DNA of 63,896 nucleotides, the filler included, from an uncultured Myxococcia bacterium (GTDB taxonomy: Bacteria; CAZTWC01), in assembly GCA_964617105.1 (NCBI GenBank). It is 4 parts of 4 records of this genome, joined end to end, with 100 filler letters (N's around TTAATTAATTAA, not from the genome) between each part and the next. Parts side by side here need not be neighbours in the genome. Positions count along the whole stretch, not along the records: positions 1 to 16,610 come from CAZTWC010000057.1; 3 more parts are not named here. One strand, 5' to 3'. Shown here one piece after another: positions 1 through 10,575 of this stretch (position 1 is its first letter; every line of letters begins with the position of its first letter). The position numbers and the translations under genes were made by a program. The notes beneath the pieces were generated by a model. That model did no database searches. It worked only from the letters and a program-made list of their open reading frames with translations, and was not told where the DNA came from.

Positions 1-3000
1 ATTCAAGCCGCTCTTGATCTGGCCACTTCAGGGTACAAGGTTTATCTGGTTGAGAAAACACCTACCATTGGCGGTAAAATGGCCCAACTCGATAAGACCT
101 TTCCCACCAATGACTGTTCCATGTGCATTGAATCGCCCAAGTTTATCGAATGTGACCGGCATCCCAACATCGAGATCCTAACCTATACCGAGGTGGACAA
201 GGTGGAGGGTGAGGCCGGAGATTTTAGAGTAACCTTGACCAAAAAACCCCGCTACATTATCGAGGATAAATGCACTGGCTGCACTACCTGTGTGGAATAT
301 TGCCCGGTTATGGTTCCCGATCCCTTCAATCAGGAGCTGTCTGGTAACAAGGCGGTCCACATCTATTTTTCCCAGGCAGTCCCCCTGGTTCCTTATATTG
401 ATCAGGAGTGTCTCTACCTAAAAGAGAAAAAATGTTCTATTTGTGTGGGAGTTTGCAAGAACAATGCCATAGATCTTCATCAAGAGGCTGAAAAGCAAGA
501 GATAAAAGTCGGAGCGATAGTCTTGTCTCCGGGCTATGCTGTATTTGATCCAAAGTTGAGGGGAGACTATGGGTACGGAAAGATTGAAAATGTGGTAACC
601 AGTCTTGATTTCGAGCGGCTTTTGTGCGCCACCGGACCACACGAAGGCGAGATATTGCGCCCTTCCGATAAAAAGCATCCTCACAAAATAGCCTGGATCC
701 ACTGTGTTGGTTCCAGACAGGTTATCGAGGGCGGCAACAGTTATTGTTCCTCGGTATGCTGCACCTATATTCAAAAGCAGGTGATCCTGGCCAAAGACCA
801 TGACGCTGAAACCCAGGCAACTATATTCCATAACGATATTCGTTCCTATGGCAAGGATTTTGAACGTTTCTACCAAAGAACGGAAAATCTTCCCGGGGTT
901 AAATTTATCAGAAGTTATGTGTCAATAGGAAAAGAGATTCCGGAAACCAAGAATGTAACTATCCGCTATGCCACGCCCGAAGATGGCGTTAAAGAGGAAG
1001 AATTTGATCTGGTGGTATTAGGGGTTGGAATGAACCCGCCTGCCAATGTGAAAGGGCTGGCCAAACAGTATGGTATTGAACTAACCTCTAACGGGTTTTG
1101 CCAAACCGATCCTTTCAATCCCATCCAGACCACTCGTCCGGGAGTATTTGTCACCGGGGCTTTCCAGGGTCCGGTGGATATCCCCGAGTCGGTTATGGCC
1201 GCCAGCGGAGCCAACGCCCTTACCGGCGAACTCCTCGATTACCGGCGCGGGAAGTTGGCCAAAGAGAGGATCTATCCGCGTGAAAGGGATGTTGGTGGCG
1301 AAGATGCCCGGGTGGGAGTTTTTGTCTGTCATTGCGGCGCCAATATCGGCAGGGTGGTTGATGTCCCTGCTGTAGTTGACTACTCTTTGACCCTGGACAA
1401 GGTGGTTCACGCCGAAGAGGGGTTGTTTGTTTGTTCTACCGATGCTGCCAAGCAAATATCGAACACCATTCGGGAAAAGGGTCTCAATCGTGTGGTAGTG
1501 GCAGCCTGTACACCAAGGACGCACGAACCGCTATTTCGGGACACCCTCCGGGAAGGGGGCATTAATCAGTATTTTTTCGAGATGGCCAATATTAGAGAAC
1601 ATTGCTCCTGGGTCCATTCCAAGCAAAAGGAGGAGGCTACCCATAAGGCAAAGGATATTGTTCGAATGTCAGTGGCTCGCGCCACCAATTTGGAGCCTTT
1701 ACAGGAGTTTGATCTTCCGGTCAACCGGTCTGCCCTGGTAGTGGGCGGAGGAATAGCTGGGATGACCAGTGCTCTGGGGTTGGCTAACCAGGGATTTGAG
1801 GTTCACCTGGTGGAAAAGGAAACCGGGTTGGGCGGATTGGCGCGAAGAATCTATTACACTCTGGAGGNNNNNNNNNNNNNNNNNNNNNNNAAGCATATTT
1901 GGGCGATCTGATCGGCAAGGTTTATCAGCATCCCCTGATCCATGTCTACCACAATGCTACTATTACCGATGTGTCTGGCTATGTGGGTAATTTTATCACC
2001 ACGGTGAAATCGGAAAGTATGGTAAACAAGATAGAACATGGCGCCGCCATCTTGGCTACCGGGGTTGAAGAATATAAACCCAACCAATATTTGTACGGGG
2101 AAAACCAGGGGGTGTTGACTCAGTTGGAACTGGAGGAGCAGATCAACAAAGCAGATCAGAAATTGCTCACCTGCCAGAGCCTGGTGATGATCCAATGTGT
2201 TGGTTGCCGGGAGCAAGATAGAAACTACTGCGCCCGGATTTGTTGCAGCCAGGCGGTCAAGAATGCCTTGAAACTGAAAGAGATAAATCCGCAAATGGAT
2301 ATCTATATTCTGTTTCAAGATATGAGAACCTATGGTTTTAGAGAAGACTATTACCGCGAAGCGGCCAATAAAGAGGTAAAGTTTATCCGCTGGGAACCGG
2401 ATGAGAAGCCCCGGGTAGAAACTGCCACCGAAGCGGGCAAACCGGGTTTACGGGTTTTGGTTCCAGATCCGGTTTTGGGCCAGAGGCTGGCGATAGATGC
2501 CGATTTGGTGGTTCTTTCGGCCGCTGCTGTTCCCTCACAGGGGAGTATGGAGGCAGCGCGATTATTCAAGGTGGCTACCAGTCCGGATGGGTTTTTCCAG
2601 GAGGCACATGTAAAATTAAGGCCAGTTGACTTTGCCGCTGATGGCGTTTTCCTGTGTGGAGCCGCCCACTATCCCAAACATATATCAGAAGCGATTGGCC
2701 AGGCCTATGGAGCAGCCGGCCGGGCCGCCACTCTACTCTCACAGGACACCGTTACCGCTTCCGGCTCGGTGTGCCAGGTAATTGAAAATAATTGCGTATC
2801 GTGCGGGGCATGTATTACCGCTTGTACCTATGGTGCTATCGAGTTTTGCGATACCGAAAAAGGGAAAAAGGCCAGGGTCAATCCGGTTCTCTGTAAAGGG
2901 GATGGCCTTTGCAATGCCAAGTGCCCCACCAAGGCGATAATTTTGAAACATTATACTGATGAAGAGATCTTTAATCAGATTGATGCTGCGTTTACTAACT

Positions 3001-3005
3001 TATAA
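1..3005 (+). CDS. bamE: HdrA-like FAD/4Fe-4S protein (BamE-like), 5'-truncated by the window edge and interrupted by N gap 1868-1890
   Basis: Frame is open from base 1 (IQAALDLATSGYKVYLVEK...GGKMAQLDKTFPTNDCSMC). HdrA motifs CVGSR, YCSSVCC, VFVCHCG, AACTPRTHE, second GGGIAG FAD site, EAHVKLRPVDF and C-terminal ferredoxin motifs. ORFs 79..1911 and 1899..3005 are one gene split by the gap. Confidence 0.85.
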
Positions 3006-3017
3006 GGAGAAGTAAAA

Positions 3018-3794
3018 ATGGGTGCAGGTGCTGAGTTCAAACCCAGGATCGTTGGCTTTTTGTGCAATTGGTGAGCGTATTCCGCTGCGGATCTGGCTGG
3101 AGTTTCCAGGCAACAATATACTACTGAGTTGAAAATTATCCGGGTCATGTGCACCGGCAGGGTGGATTTGGCCTTTATTTTACGGGCTTTCTTAAAAGGC
3201 GCTGATGGGGTATTTATCGGCGGTTGCTGGCCGGGTGAATGTCATTATATCACCGAAGGCAATTACGATGCCCTGGCCAATATGCACATATCCAGAAGGA
3301 TGCTGGAACTTATCGGGGTAAACCCCCAACGTTTGAGGTTGGAGTGGTTATCCGCCTCTGAAGGGAGCCGTTTTGCTGAAGTTATGAACGAGTTTGTCGA
3401 CCAGGTGAGAGAGTTTGGGCCGCTTGGCCAAGGTGAAGGCCTTGACCAGAAAGGGTTAAGGGGCAAACTTGAAGCAGTTGAAAGATTAATTCCTTATATA
3501 AAATTGGTGGAAAGGGAGAGGCTGAGAGTACCTTCCAAGTCAGAAGAGGCTTATAATGATTTTTACGCCAGCGACCAGGTAAACAGGTTGTTTGGCCAAT
3601 TAATTGCCGACAAATTGACCATTAGCCAAATTCTGTCGCTCCTGCGGGAAAAGCCTCTTTCAACTGGAGAGATATCAAAGTTGTTGAATTTGAATCCATC
3701 GGAAGTATCAAAGCAAATGAATAGTTCATCGAGGCAAGGATTGGTCAGGTACGATGTAGATAGCAATTGCTATACTTTGGCCATGGGAACTTGA
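3018..3794 (+). CDS. bamF: MvhD-like selenoprotein (BamF-like), Sec at codon 19, C-terminal winged-helix extension
   Basis: RBS AAGGAG, ATG 3018; MGAGAEFKPRIVGFLCNW-TGA(3072-3074)-AYSAADLAGVSR continues in frame into ORF 3129..3794 (VMCTGRVD, GGCWPGECHY). The TGA sits at the second Cys of the MvhD CNWC motif. Confidence 0.9.
3097..3109 (+). promoter_or_regulatory. Candidate bacterial SECIS hairpin
   Basis: CTGGA-GTT-TCCAG stem-loop; the loop G (3102) is 28 nt after the in-frame TGA, within the usual bacterial SECIS spacing. Confidence 0.55.
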
Positions 3795-3851
3795 TAGGAA
3801 AAAGCATTCCGAGTCAATGGATGCCGGGCAAAAAGAGGACTAATACGGGAT

Positions 3852-4304
3852 ATGAATAAAAAAAGGATCGATGAGATCATTGAAAAACATGGGGGAGAGG
3901 CTAGTTTGCTCATTCAAGTGCTTCTGGATATCCAGAAAGAGAATCAATGGCTCCCCAAAGAGGTCTTGACCAGAGTTAGCCAGAGATTAGAGGTCCCCTA
4001 TAATCAGATTGTTCATATTGCCACCTTTTATAAGGCGTTTAGCCTGGTTCCAAAAGGTCGCCACCAGGTCCATATATGTATGGGGACAGCCTGTCATGTT
4101 CGGGGTGCTACCCGGGTTCTCGACAAGGTGCAGGATGTGACCGGCCTTAAACCGGGTGAAACTGATCTGGATTTGAAGTTCAGCCTGGAAACGGTAAACT
4201 GCGTGGGTTGCTGTGCCCTGGGACCGGTGATGGAGATCGATGGGAAAACCCACGGCAAAATTTCGCCGTCTGAAACAGTAGACGTGTTAGAAAGTTATGA
4301 TTGA
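3852..4304 (+). CDS. bamG: NuoE-like 2Fe-2S subunit (BamG-like)
   Basis: ATFYKAF, ICMGTACHVRG, NCVGCCALGP. Confidence 0.85.
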   Translation: MNKKRIDEIIEKHGGEASLLIQVLLDIQKENQWLPKEVLTRVSQRLEVPYNQIVHIATFYKAFSLVPKGRHQVHICMGTACHVRGATRVLDKVQDVTGLKPGETDLDLKFSLETVNCVGCCALGPVMEIDGKTHGKISPSETVDVLESYD

Positions 4305-4339
4305 CGGCCAGTTAAGTTATAAGTGATTAAGGAAAGAAG

Positions 4340-6277
4340 ATGCCAAGGATAAATTCCCCTTCTGAGTTGGAAAAATTCAGGCAGGACATTTTGACCAAAA
4401 GGGATCCAAATAAGCCCTGTATTACCCTGTGTTCGGGCACTGCCTGTCATGCTACCGGCAGTGAACAAGTAGCCATTGCTATGGTCCAGGAGTTAGAGAA
4501 ACAAGGATTGAAGGGTGAGGTAGAGTTTAGAAGAACCGGTTGCCACGGCTTTTGTGAAAAAGGTCCCATTGTGGTTATTGACCCGGATGAGATCTGCTAT
4601 CTCCAGGTAGCGCCCCAGGACGTTCCCGAGATTATCGAACAAACTTTAAAGGGAAAGCAGGTTATAGAGCGGCTTATTTATGTTGATCCAACTACCGGCG
4701 AAAAAATCACCCATGAATCGGATATCCCCTTTTATAAGAACCAAAAACGGATGGTTTTTGCCCCCAACAGAAGAATAAACCCCGGAAGTATCGAGGATTA
4801 CCTGGCTATTGGCGGTTATCAGGCTCTGGCCAAAGCGCTTTTTAAAATGACATCTGAGAAGGTTATCTCTGAGATGAAAGCGGCGAATTTGCGGGGCCGG
4901 GGTGGAGGTGGATTTCCGGCTGGACAAAAGTGGGAATTTACTCGTAATGCACCCGGGGAACCGAAGTTCGTAGTGGTCAACTGCGATGAGGGTGACCCTG
5001 GCGCGTACATGGATAGATCGATTATGGAGGGGAATCCTTATGGTGTGCTAGAAGGCCTGATTGTCGGAGCCTATGCCATGGGCGCCAATCAGGGTTATAT
5101 TTATGTGCGTCAGGAGTATCCCCTGGCATTGAAGAACCTGAGCATAGCTTTGGAGCGGGCGGAGGAATGTGGTCTTTTAGGGAAAGATATCCTAGGCTCT
5201 GGATTCGATTTCAACCTTGAGGTACACCGGGGCGCCGGCGCCTTTGTATGTGGTGAAGAGACTGCTCTGCTCAAATCTTTGGAAGGCAAGGTTGGCGAGC
5301 CCAGACCGAGACCGCCCTATCCGGCGGTGAAAGGGCTTTGGGATAAGCCGACCAATATCAATAATGTGGAGACCTGGGCCACGGTTCCTTTGATTATCAA
5401 TAAAGGAGCGCAATTTTTTGCTTCCATCGGCACCGAGGACAGCAAGGGCACGAAGATATTTTCCCTGGTGGGCAAAATAGCCAATACCGGTCTGGTGGAA
5501 GTCCCTATGGGCATTACCCTGAGAGATATTATCTATAAGATAGGCGGCGGAGTACCGGGGGGCAAGAAGTTTAAAGCTGTCCAGACCGGGGGTCCGTCGG
5601 GCGGATGTATCCCCGAACAACTGTTGGATTTGAAAGTCGATTTTGACCAACTGACCCAGGCTGGCTCGATGATGGGGTCTGGCGGCATGATCGTCATGGA
5701 TGAAGACACCTGTATGGTTGATGTGGCCAGGTACTTTATCGACTTTCTTACCGATGAATCGTGCGGTAAATGTGTTCCTTGCCGTGAAGGGTTGAGGCAG
5801 ATGCACAAGATTCTCACCGATATCACCACTGGCAAGGGAAAAGAAAGCGATATTAAACTTTTAGAGAAATTGGCCGAGACCACCAGAGAGGGCTCTTTGT
5901 GTGCTCTGGGCAAGACTGCCCCCAACCCGTTTTTAAGCACCTTTCGTTATTTTAAAGAGGAGTATGAGGCCCACATCAAGGAGAAGAGGTGCCCGGCTTT
6001 ATCTTGCAAGGAGATGATCTCCTACTATATAGATCCGGATAAGTGCATGGCCTGTTTGATTTGCCTGAGACAGTGCCCGGATCAGGCGATTGACGGTGCC
6101 AAGAAGAAGATCCATATTATTGACCAGGAGAGATGCACAAATTGCGGAACTTGCCTGGAAGTTTGCCCCTCCCGCTTTGATGCCGTAAAGAAGATTTCCG
6201 GTCAGCCGGTTCCATCTCCTATCCCTGAAGAGCAAAGAATGATCAAGAAACCAAGTAAAAAGAGCAAACAGAAATGA
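4340..6277 (+). CDS. bamH: NuoF/HydB-like FMN/NADH-binding subunit (BamH-like)
   Basis: N-terminal thioredoxin-like 2Fe-2S (CSGTAC, TGCHGFCEKGP), LRGRGGGGFP, NCDEGDPGAYMDR, GAGAFVCGEETAL, ESCGKCVPCREG, two C-terminal 4Fe-4S motifs. Confidence 0.85.
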   Translation: MPRINSPSELEKFRQDILTKRDPNKPCITLCSGTACHATGSEQVAIAMVQELEKQGLKGEVEFRRTGCHGFCEKGPIVVIDPDEICYLQVAPQDVPEIIEQTLKGKQVIERLIYVDPTTGEKITHESDIPFYKNQKRMVFAPNRRINPGSIEDYLAIGGYQALAKALFKMTSEKVISEMKAANLRGRGGGGFPAGQKWEFTRNAPGEPKFVVVNCDEGDPGAYMDRSIMEGNPYGVLEGLIVGAYAMGANQGYIYVRQEYPLALKNLSIALERAEECGLLGKDILGSGFDFNLEVHRGAGAFVCGEETALLKSLEGKVGEPRPRPPYPAVKGLWDKPTNINNVETWATVPLIINKGAQFFASIGTEDSKGTKIFSLVGKIANTGLVEVPMGITLRDIIYKIGGGVPGGKKFKAVQTGGPSGGCIPEQLLDLKVDFDQLTQAGSMMGSGGMIVMDEDTCMVDVARYFIDFLTDESCGKCVPCREGLRQMHKILTDITTGKGKESDIKLLEKLAETTREGSLCALGKTAPNPFLSTFRYFKEEYEAHIKEKRCPALSCKEMISYYIDPDKCMACLICLRQCPDQAIDGAKKKIHIIDQERCTNCGTCLEVCPSRFDAVKKISGQPVPSPIPEEQRMIKKPSKKSKQK

Positions 6278-6861
6278 ACGAGATTTTTCTACAGATTGAT
6301 GGAAAAGAGATAACGGCCAAAGAAGGGATGACCATTCTGGAGGCAGCCCGCAGTGCGGGGATATCTATACCCACTCTATGTTACCACGAAAAACTGGAAT
6401 CTTTTGGAGGCTGCCGAATTTGCCTGGTGGAAGTAGAAGGCCGGACCGATCTGGTTGCTTCCTGCGTTTTCCCAGTGGCAGAAAACCTGAAGGTTCAAAC
6501 CCGTTCCGAGAAGATAGATAGAGTTCGGAAAACAATCTTGGAATTGCTTTTAGCCCACGCCCCCCATTCTCCCCAACTACAGGAATTGGCTGAGGAGTAT
6601 GGCGCAGACCAGGACCGCTTTGAAAAAGATCCCTCTTTTTGCATTCACTGTGGGCTATGTGTACGATACTGTGCGGAGGTCAAAAAAAAGAATGCAGTGG
6701 GATTTATTGACCGGGGAATACGGAAAGAGATCAGTTTTATCCCAGAAATTGCTTTAAAAGAGTGCAATATTTGCAAAGAATGTTTCCCTCTCTGCCCGAC
6801 ATCGTATCTCCAGGCGGCTTTTGTTTTAACTGAATCTTTAGCCTTCTCTTCTTTTGAGTAA
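6274..6861 (+). CDS. bamI: NuoG N-terminal-like Fe-S protein (BamI-like)
   Basis: IPTLCYH, GGCRICLVE, CIHCGLCVRYC, CNICKECFPLCP; ATGA overlap with the upstream gene. Confidence 0.8.
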   Translation: MNEIFLQIDGKEITAKEGMTILEAARSAGISIPTLCYHEKLESFGGCRICLVEVEGRTDLVASCVFPVAENLKVQTRSEKIDRVRKTILELLLAHAPHSPQLQELAEEYGADQDRFEKDPSFCIHCGLCVRYCAEVKKKNAVGFIDRGIRKEISFIPEIALKECNICKECFPLCPTSYLQAAFVLTESLAFSSFE

Positions 6862-6864
6862 ATA

Positions 6865-7680
6865 GTGACCATCAGAAAGAAAACCAAAACCTATCAAACC
6901 CAGAGTTTCGCTAGAGAGGGCAGTGAGACCAGATCTGCTATCGAATTGATCAGCGAGGAACCCTTTCTGATCCGTATCGATGACAAGCCATATTCAGTAG
7001 TAATGCGAACTCCCGGAGAAGAGGTGTTTCATGCGGCTGGATTCTGCCTGGGCGAGGGGATTGTAAACTCTCCCGATGATTTCAATACTATTGGATATGA
7101 TCAACATCAGGATCCAAATGTTATTGATATTTGGCTTAAACCAGAAAGGCACAATAAGATTTTCGACCGTCTGGAGAGAAAGTTTTTTGTCAGCCAGACC
7201 AGTTGTGGTATTTGCGGCAAAGAGTTGTTCAAGGACCTTCAACAGATATTAATGCCTCTGGAAATTTATTTTGAAGTTGGGCTGGACAGTTTAATCAAAT
7301 GCCGCAATCAATTATCCAAAAATCAGAAATTCTACCAGACTACCAGAGGCTCACACGCCGCCCTTCTCTTTGACGAGGATCTAAAGGAGATCGCTTTTGC
7401 CGAGGATGTAGGCCGGCATAATGCGCTCGATAAGGCTATTGGCCAGGCCTTTCTCAACAAAAAACTCTCTAATGCCCGTATTCTGTCTCTCTCTTCCCGG
7501 ACAAGTTATGAGTTGGTTCAAAAAGCGGCCAGAGCGCACCTACCAGTGATTATCAGTGACTCCAGACCCACCAGCCTGGCTGTTGAAATGGGGAAGGCCC
7601 TTAATATCACCATGACCTATCCTGCCAAAGAGTCTGAATTAGTAATAGTATGCGGTCAAAACCGCATCAAGAGAGCATAG
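6865..7680 (+). CDS. fdhD: FdhD sulfurtransferase
   Basis: VMRTPG, TSCGICGK, GSHAA, EDVGRHNALDK, PTSLAV. Confidence 0.9.
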   Translation: MTIRKKTKTYQTQSFAREGSETRSAIELISEEPFLIRIDDKPYSVVMRTPGEEVFHAAGFCLGEGIVNSPDDFNTIGYDQHQDPNVIDIWLKPERHNKIFDRLERKFFVSQTSCGICGKELFKDLQQILMPLEIYFEVGLDSLIKCRNQLSKNQKFYQTTRGSHAALLFDEDLKEIAFAEDVGRHNALDKAIGQAFLNKKLSNARILSLSSRTSYELVQKAARAHLPVIISDSRPTSLAVEMGKALNITMTYPAKESELVIVCGQNRIKRA

Positions 7681-7689
7681 AGTGTTAAA

Positions 7690-8298
7690 ATGAAAGCCAG
7701 TTACCTGGAATCGAGGGCAAAAAGCGAAAAGCGGGAGGCGATACTTCATGCAGCCTGGAAGCTTATTCGCCATTATGGATACAGTAAGACCACCATAGAC
7801 GACATTGCCAAACAGGCCGGGGTCGGCAAGGGTACGGTCTATCTCTACTTCAGATCCAAGACCGATATAATGCTGGCCTTGACCGATCTGACCAATCAGC
7901 GTATCACCCTTCGTTTAGAGCAGATAGCGAATGAAAACACCCCTCCGGCAGAGCGGCTTAGAGCCTGCGTACTCTACAGGATTATGACCCTGTTCGATCT
8001 GGTCAATCGCTATCCCCATAGCGAGGATGTAATAGCCTCCATACTTCCGGAAATTGTGGAAAGGCTGGACCGGTATGTTCGCCGTCATGGAGAGTTGTTG
8101 GGTCAAATAGTAGAAGAGGGATGTGCCAGTGGTATATTCGTTTCCGAGAATCCCCAGGCGACTGGCCAGTTGCTGGCCAGCCTGTTCGAGTTTATGACCC
8201 CGCCATATTACCGCTTTAAAACCAGAAAATCTCTGGAGCAATTTGCCACCCAGATAGTTGATTTAATGCTGGGTGGGTTGAAAAAACGTACACAATGA
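7690..8298 (+). CDS. TetR/AcrR family regulator
   Basis: GYSKTTIDDIAKQAGVGKGTVYLYFRSK HTH. Confidence 0.92.
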   Translation: MKASYLESRAKSEKREAILHAAWKLIRHYGYSKTTIDDIAKQAGVGKGTVYLYFRSKTDIMLALTDLTNQRITLRLEQIANENTPPAERLRACVLYRIMTLFDLVNRYPHSEDVIASILPEIVERLDRYVRRHGELLGQIVEEGCASGIFVSENPQATGQLLASLFEFMTPPYYRFKTRKSLEQFATQIVDLMLGGLKKRTQ

Positions 8299-8305
8299 AC
8301 CTTTT

Positions 8306-9076
8306 CTATACCCGGACTCCGCCAGTGACTTCAAGCACTACCCCGGTAACCAGGTCGCATTCTGTGATATAAAGGGCGCTTTGGGCAATCTCTTCCGGTT
8401 TTCCCAGCCGGCCGATGGGGATTTTTTTCTTGGCCTTCTCCAGGGCTTCCGGCTGCATTAGTTTCATTACCATCGGGGTGCCGACAAATCCAGGGGCTAT
8501 GCCTGCCACCCGGATACCATAGCGGCTTAACTCCTTGGACCAGGTAACGGTTAGGGCAGCAGCCCCGGCTTTGGCCGATGAGTAGTTACTCTGGCCGAAA
8601 TTGCCGTTTTTAGATATCGACGAAATGGGGATAATTACTCCGCCCCGGCCCTGTTTGACCATATGCCAGGCCGCTTCCCGCCCGGTAAGGAATATTCCGG
8701 TTAGGTTGATATCAATTACTGCCTGCCACTGCTCCAGAGACATTTTTTTGATTGGCTTCCGGGTCTGTTTATCGGTTTTAATCAGCAATCCATCCCGTAA
8801 AATCCCGGCGTTACATACAGCGATATCGATACCGCCATAGGTTTCGACCGCCTTTTCCATCAGTCCCACCACCTCGTTTTCAATGGCCACATTGCAGATG
8901 ATGCCAGTGGCTTCTCCGCCAGCGCTTTTGATTTTATCGATGGCCGCTTCGAGCCCCTCCTGGTTTAGATCGGCAGCCACCACTTTTGCCCCTCTGGAGG
9001 CAAAGAGTTCAGCCATAGCCAGACCCAGACCGGAAGCAGCGCCAGTGATAACAGCAGTTTTTCCTTGAATATCCAT
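8306..9076 (-). CDS. SDR family oxidoreductase (FabG-like)
   Basis: [25 protein letters not shown] (YxxxK). Confidence 0.9.
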   Translation of the reverse strand: MDIQGKTAVITGAASGLGLAMAELFASRGAKVVAADLNQEGLEAAIDKIKSAGGEATGIICNVAIENEVVGLMEKAVETYGGIDIAVCNAGILRDGLLIKTDKQTRKPIKKMSLEQWQAVIDINLTGIFLTGREAAWHMVKQGRGGVIIPISSISKNGNFGQSNYSSAKAGAAALTVTWSKELSRYGIRVAGIAPGFVGTPMVMKLMQPEALEKAKKKIPIGRLGKPEEIAQSALYITECDLVTGVVLEVTGGVRV

Positions 9077-9228
9077 TTTGAAACCTCCTTAAAAGTTGAT
9101 ATTTTTTAGTATAATCTAAAACACCAGCGGATATTTGGCAAGTTATTAGTACTGCGGCAACATTTAGGGATTACCTTCATTCTACACCACCAAAAGAGGC
9201 AGCGGCGGCACCGGATTGGGGTTGAACT

Positions 9229-9351
9229 ATGAACACCATCGCTAACTATAAAATTCTGGAAAAAATAAGTGAATCCCGCCAATCGGTTGTTTACCTGGGT
9301 CAGAAGGATGATGCGGATAGCCGGCTAATAAAGGTAAAATATCTTCCTTGA
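9229..9351 (+). pseudogene. Remnant N-terminus of a Ser/Thr kinase-domain protein
   Basis: 40-codon ORF MNTIANYKILEKISESRQSVVYLGQKDD...IKV resembles the start of STYK-AAA-ATPase hybrid kinases (Y-x-I-L-E-K-I-x-E-S-x-x-S-V-V-Y), then stops. Confidence 0.5.
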
Positions 9352-9430
9352 TTTTTCTTCCATAATTATTTATTCTTATCTACTTACTTTATAATATACA
9401 AACTTATTAGTAACTGCAGTGAACGTCAAC

Positions 9431-9462
9431 TGCGAGCCCGTGCCCGAGTGCGAGCCCGTGCC
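9431..9462. repeat. 14-bp direct repeat with 18-bp period
   Basis: TGCGAGCCCGTGCC at 9431-9444 and 9449-9462; GC-rich in an AT-rich intergenic region. Confidence 0.8.
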
Positions 9463-9484
9463 TTGGCGAAAATAGGAGCTAACC

Positions 9485-10255
9485 ATGAGTGACTATCAAT
9501 CTATTGAGTTTAAGGTTATTGACAGATGCGCCACCATCTCCTTGAACATGCCACCCTTAAATGTGCTCAATATCACGGCCATGCGGGAAATCGTCGATGC
9601 TCTCGACAGAGTTTACGCGATGGACGATATAATCTGCTTGATTTTCAGGGCCAATGGCAAAGCCTTTTCTGCTGGTGTCGATATTAAAGATCATACTGCA
9701 GACAAGGCGGAAGAGATGATCCATGTTTTTCATGCCATTTTTCGAAAGATGCTGGACATTGAATTGCCGATTATCGCGGCAGTCGAGGGAGCAGCTTTGG
9801 GCGGCGGCTGCGAGTTGGCCACTTTTTGTGATTTTATAGTTGCTACCCCCCGGGCCAAATTTGGGCAGCCGGAGATCAAAGTTGGAGTTTACCCTCCGAT
9901 TGCTGCTTTGATTTTCCCGAAGATTTTTGGTTTTTCCAAAGGTATGGAACTGGTGCTGTCAGGAGATATTATCGATGGTAAAACCGCCCAGGAGCTGGGA
10001 TTGATTAATGTGCTGGCAGAACCGGAAAATTTTCAAACTGCCCTGCAAGAGTTTGTCAAAAAAATTACTCCCACCAGTCCGATTATCCTCAAACATACCA
10101 AGCGGGCTATTCAGGCGGCCGATAAAAAGAAGTTTTTGGCTGAACTGAAGGCAGTTGAGTATATCTATCTGAATTCGCTAATGAAAACCGAAGACGCCCA
10201 TGAGGGACTGGCCGCCTTTATGGAAAAACGTAAACCAGAATGGAAGAATCGATAA
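9485..10255 (+). CDS. dch: Enoyl-CoA hydratase, likely cyclohexa-1,5-diene-1-carbonyl-CoA hydratase (Dch/BamR-like)
   Basis: PPLNVL, AFSAGVDIKDH, ALGGGCELA, FGQPEIKVGVYPP, YLNSLMKTEDAHEGL; located next to bam-like genes. Confidence 0.7.
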   Translation: MSDYQSIEFKVIDRCATISLNMPPLNVLNITAMREIVDALDRVYAMDDIICLIFRANGKAFSAGVDIKDHTADKAEEMIHVFHAIFRKMLDIELPIIAAVEGAALGGGCELATFCDFIVATPRAKFGQPEIKVGVYPPIAALIFPKIFGFSKGMELVLSGDIIDGKTAQELGLINVLAEPENFQTALQEFVKKITPTSPIILKHTKRAIQAADKKKFLAELKAVEYIYLNSLMKTEDAHEGLAAFMEKRKPEWKNR

Positions 10256-10340
10256 GAGCAGGGAGCAGGTTTCGGGGAGCCGGGATCAGCGATTAAAGAA
10301 TTAGGATGTACAAGAATTATTAAAAAATCGGTTGTAAAGA

Positions 10341-10565
10341 ATGGCAAAAGAGAAAAAAAATTATCAAATTACAGTGGATGAAAGATTGTGCGATGGTTGC
10401 CTGATCTGTGTTTCTTTCTGCAGGAAACAGGTTTATAGGCAGTCGGAGACTATTAACAGCAAAGGGGTTTACCCCTCATTGCCGGTAAATTCCAAAGAGT
10501 GCCGGCATTGTCGTTTTTGCGAATTTTTATGCCCGCAATTGGCTGTTTATATTGAAGAAGAGTGA
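10341..10565 (+). CDS. korD: 2x[4Fe-4S] delta subunit of 2-oxoacid:ferredoxin oxidoreductase
   Basis: CDGCLICVSFC and CRHCRFCEFLCP, directly upstream of the alpha subunit. Confidence 0.8.
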   Translation: MAKEKKNYQITVDERLCDGCLICVSFCRKQVYRQSETINSKGVYPSLPVNSKECRHCRFCEFLCPQLAVYIEEE

Positions 10566-10575
10566 GTATAATAGA

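Noticed and set aside
1868-1910. Apparent frameshift splitting the HdrA-like gene
   Set aside because: Coincides with an N gap of estimated length; the protein is continuous on both sides.
10256-10290. GAGCAGG-type short repeats after dch
   Set aside because: Only two or three degenerate units; no function can be supported.
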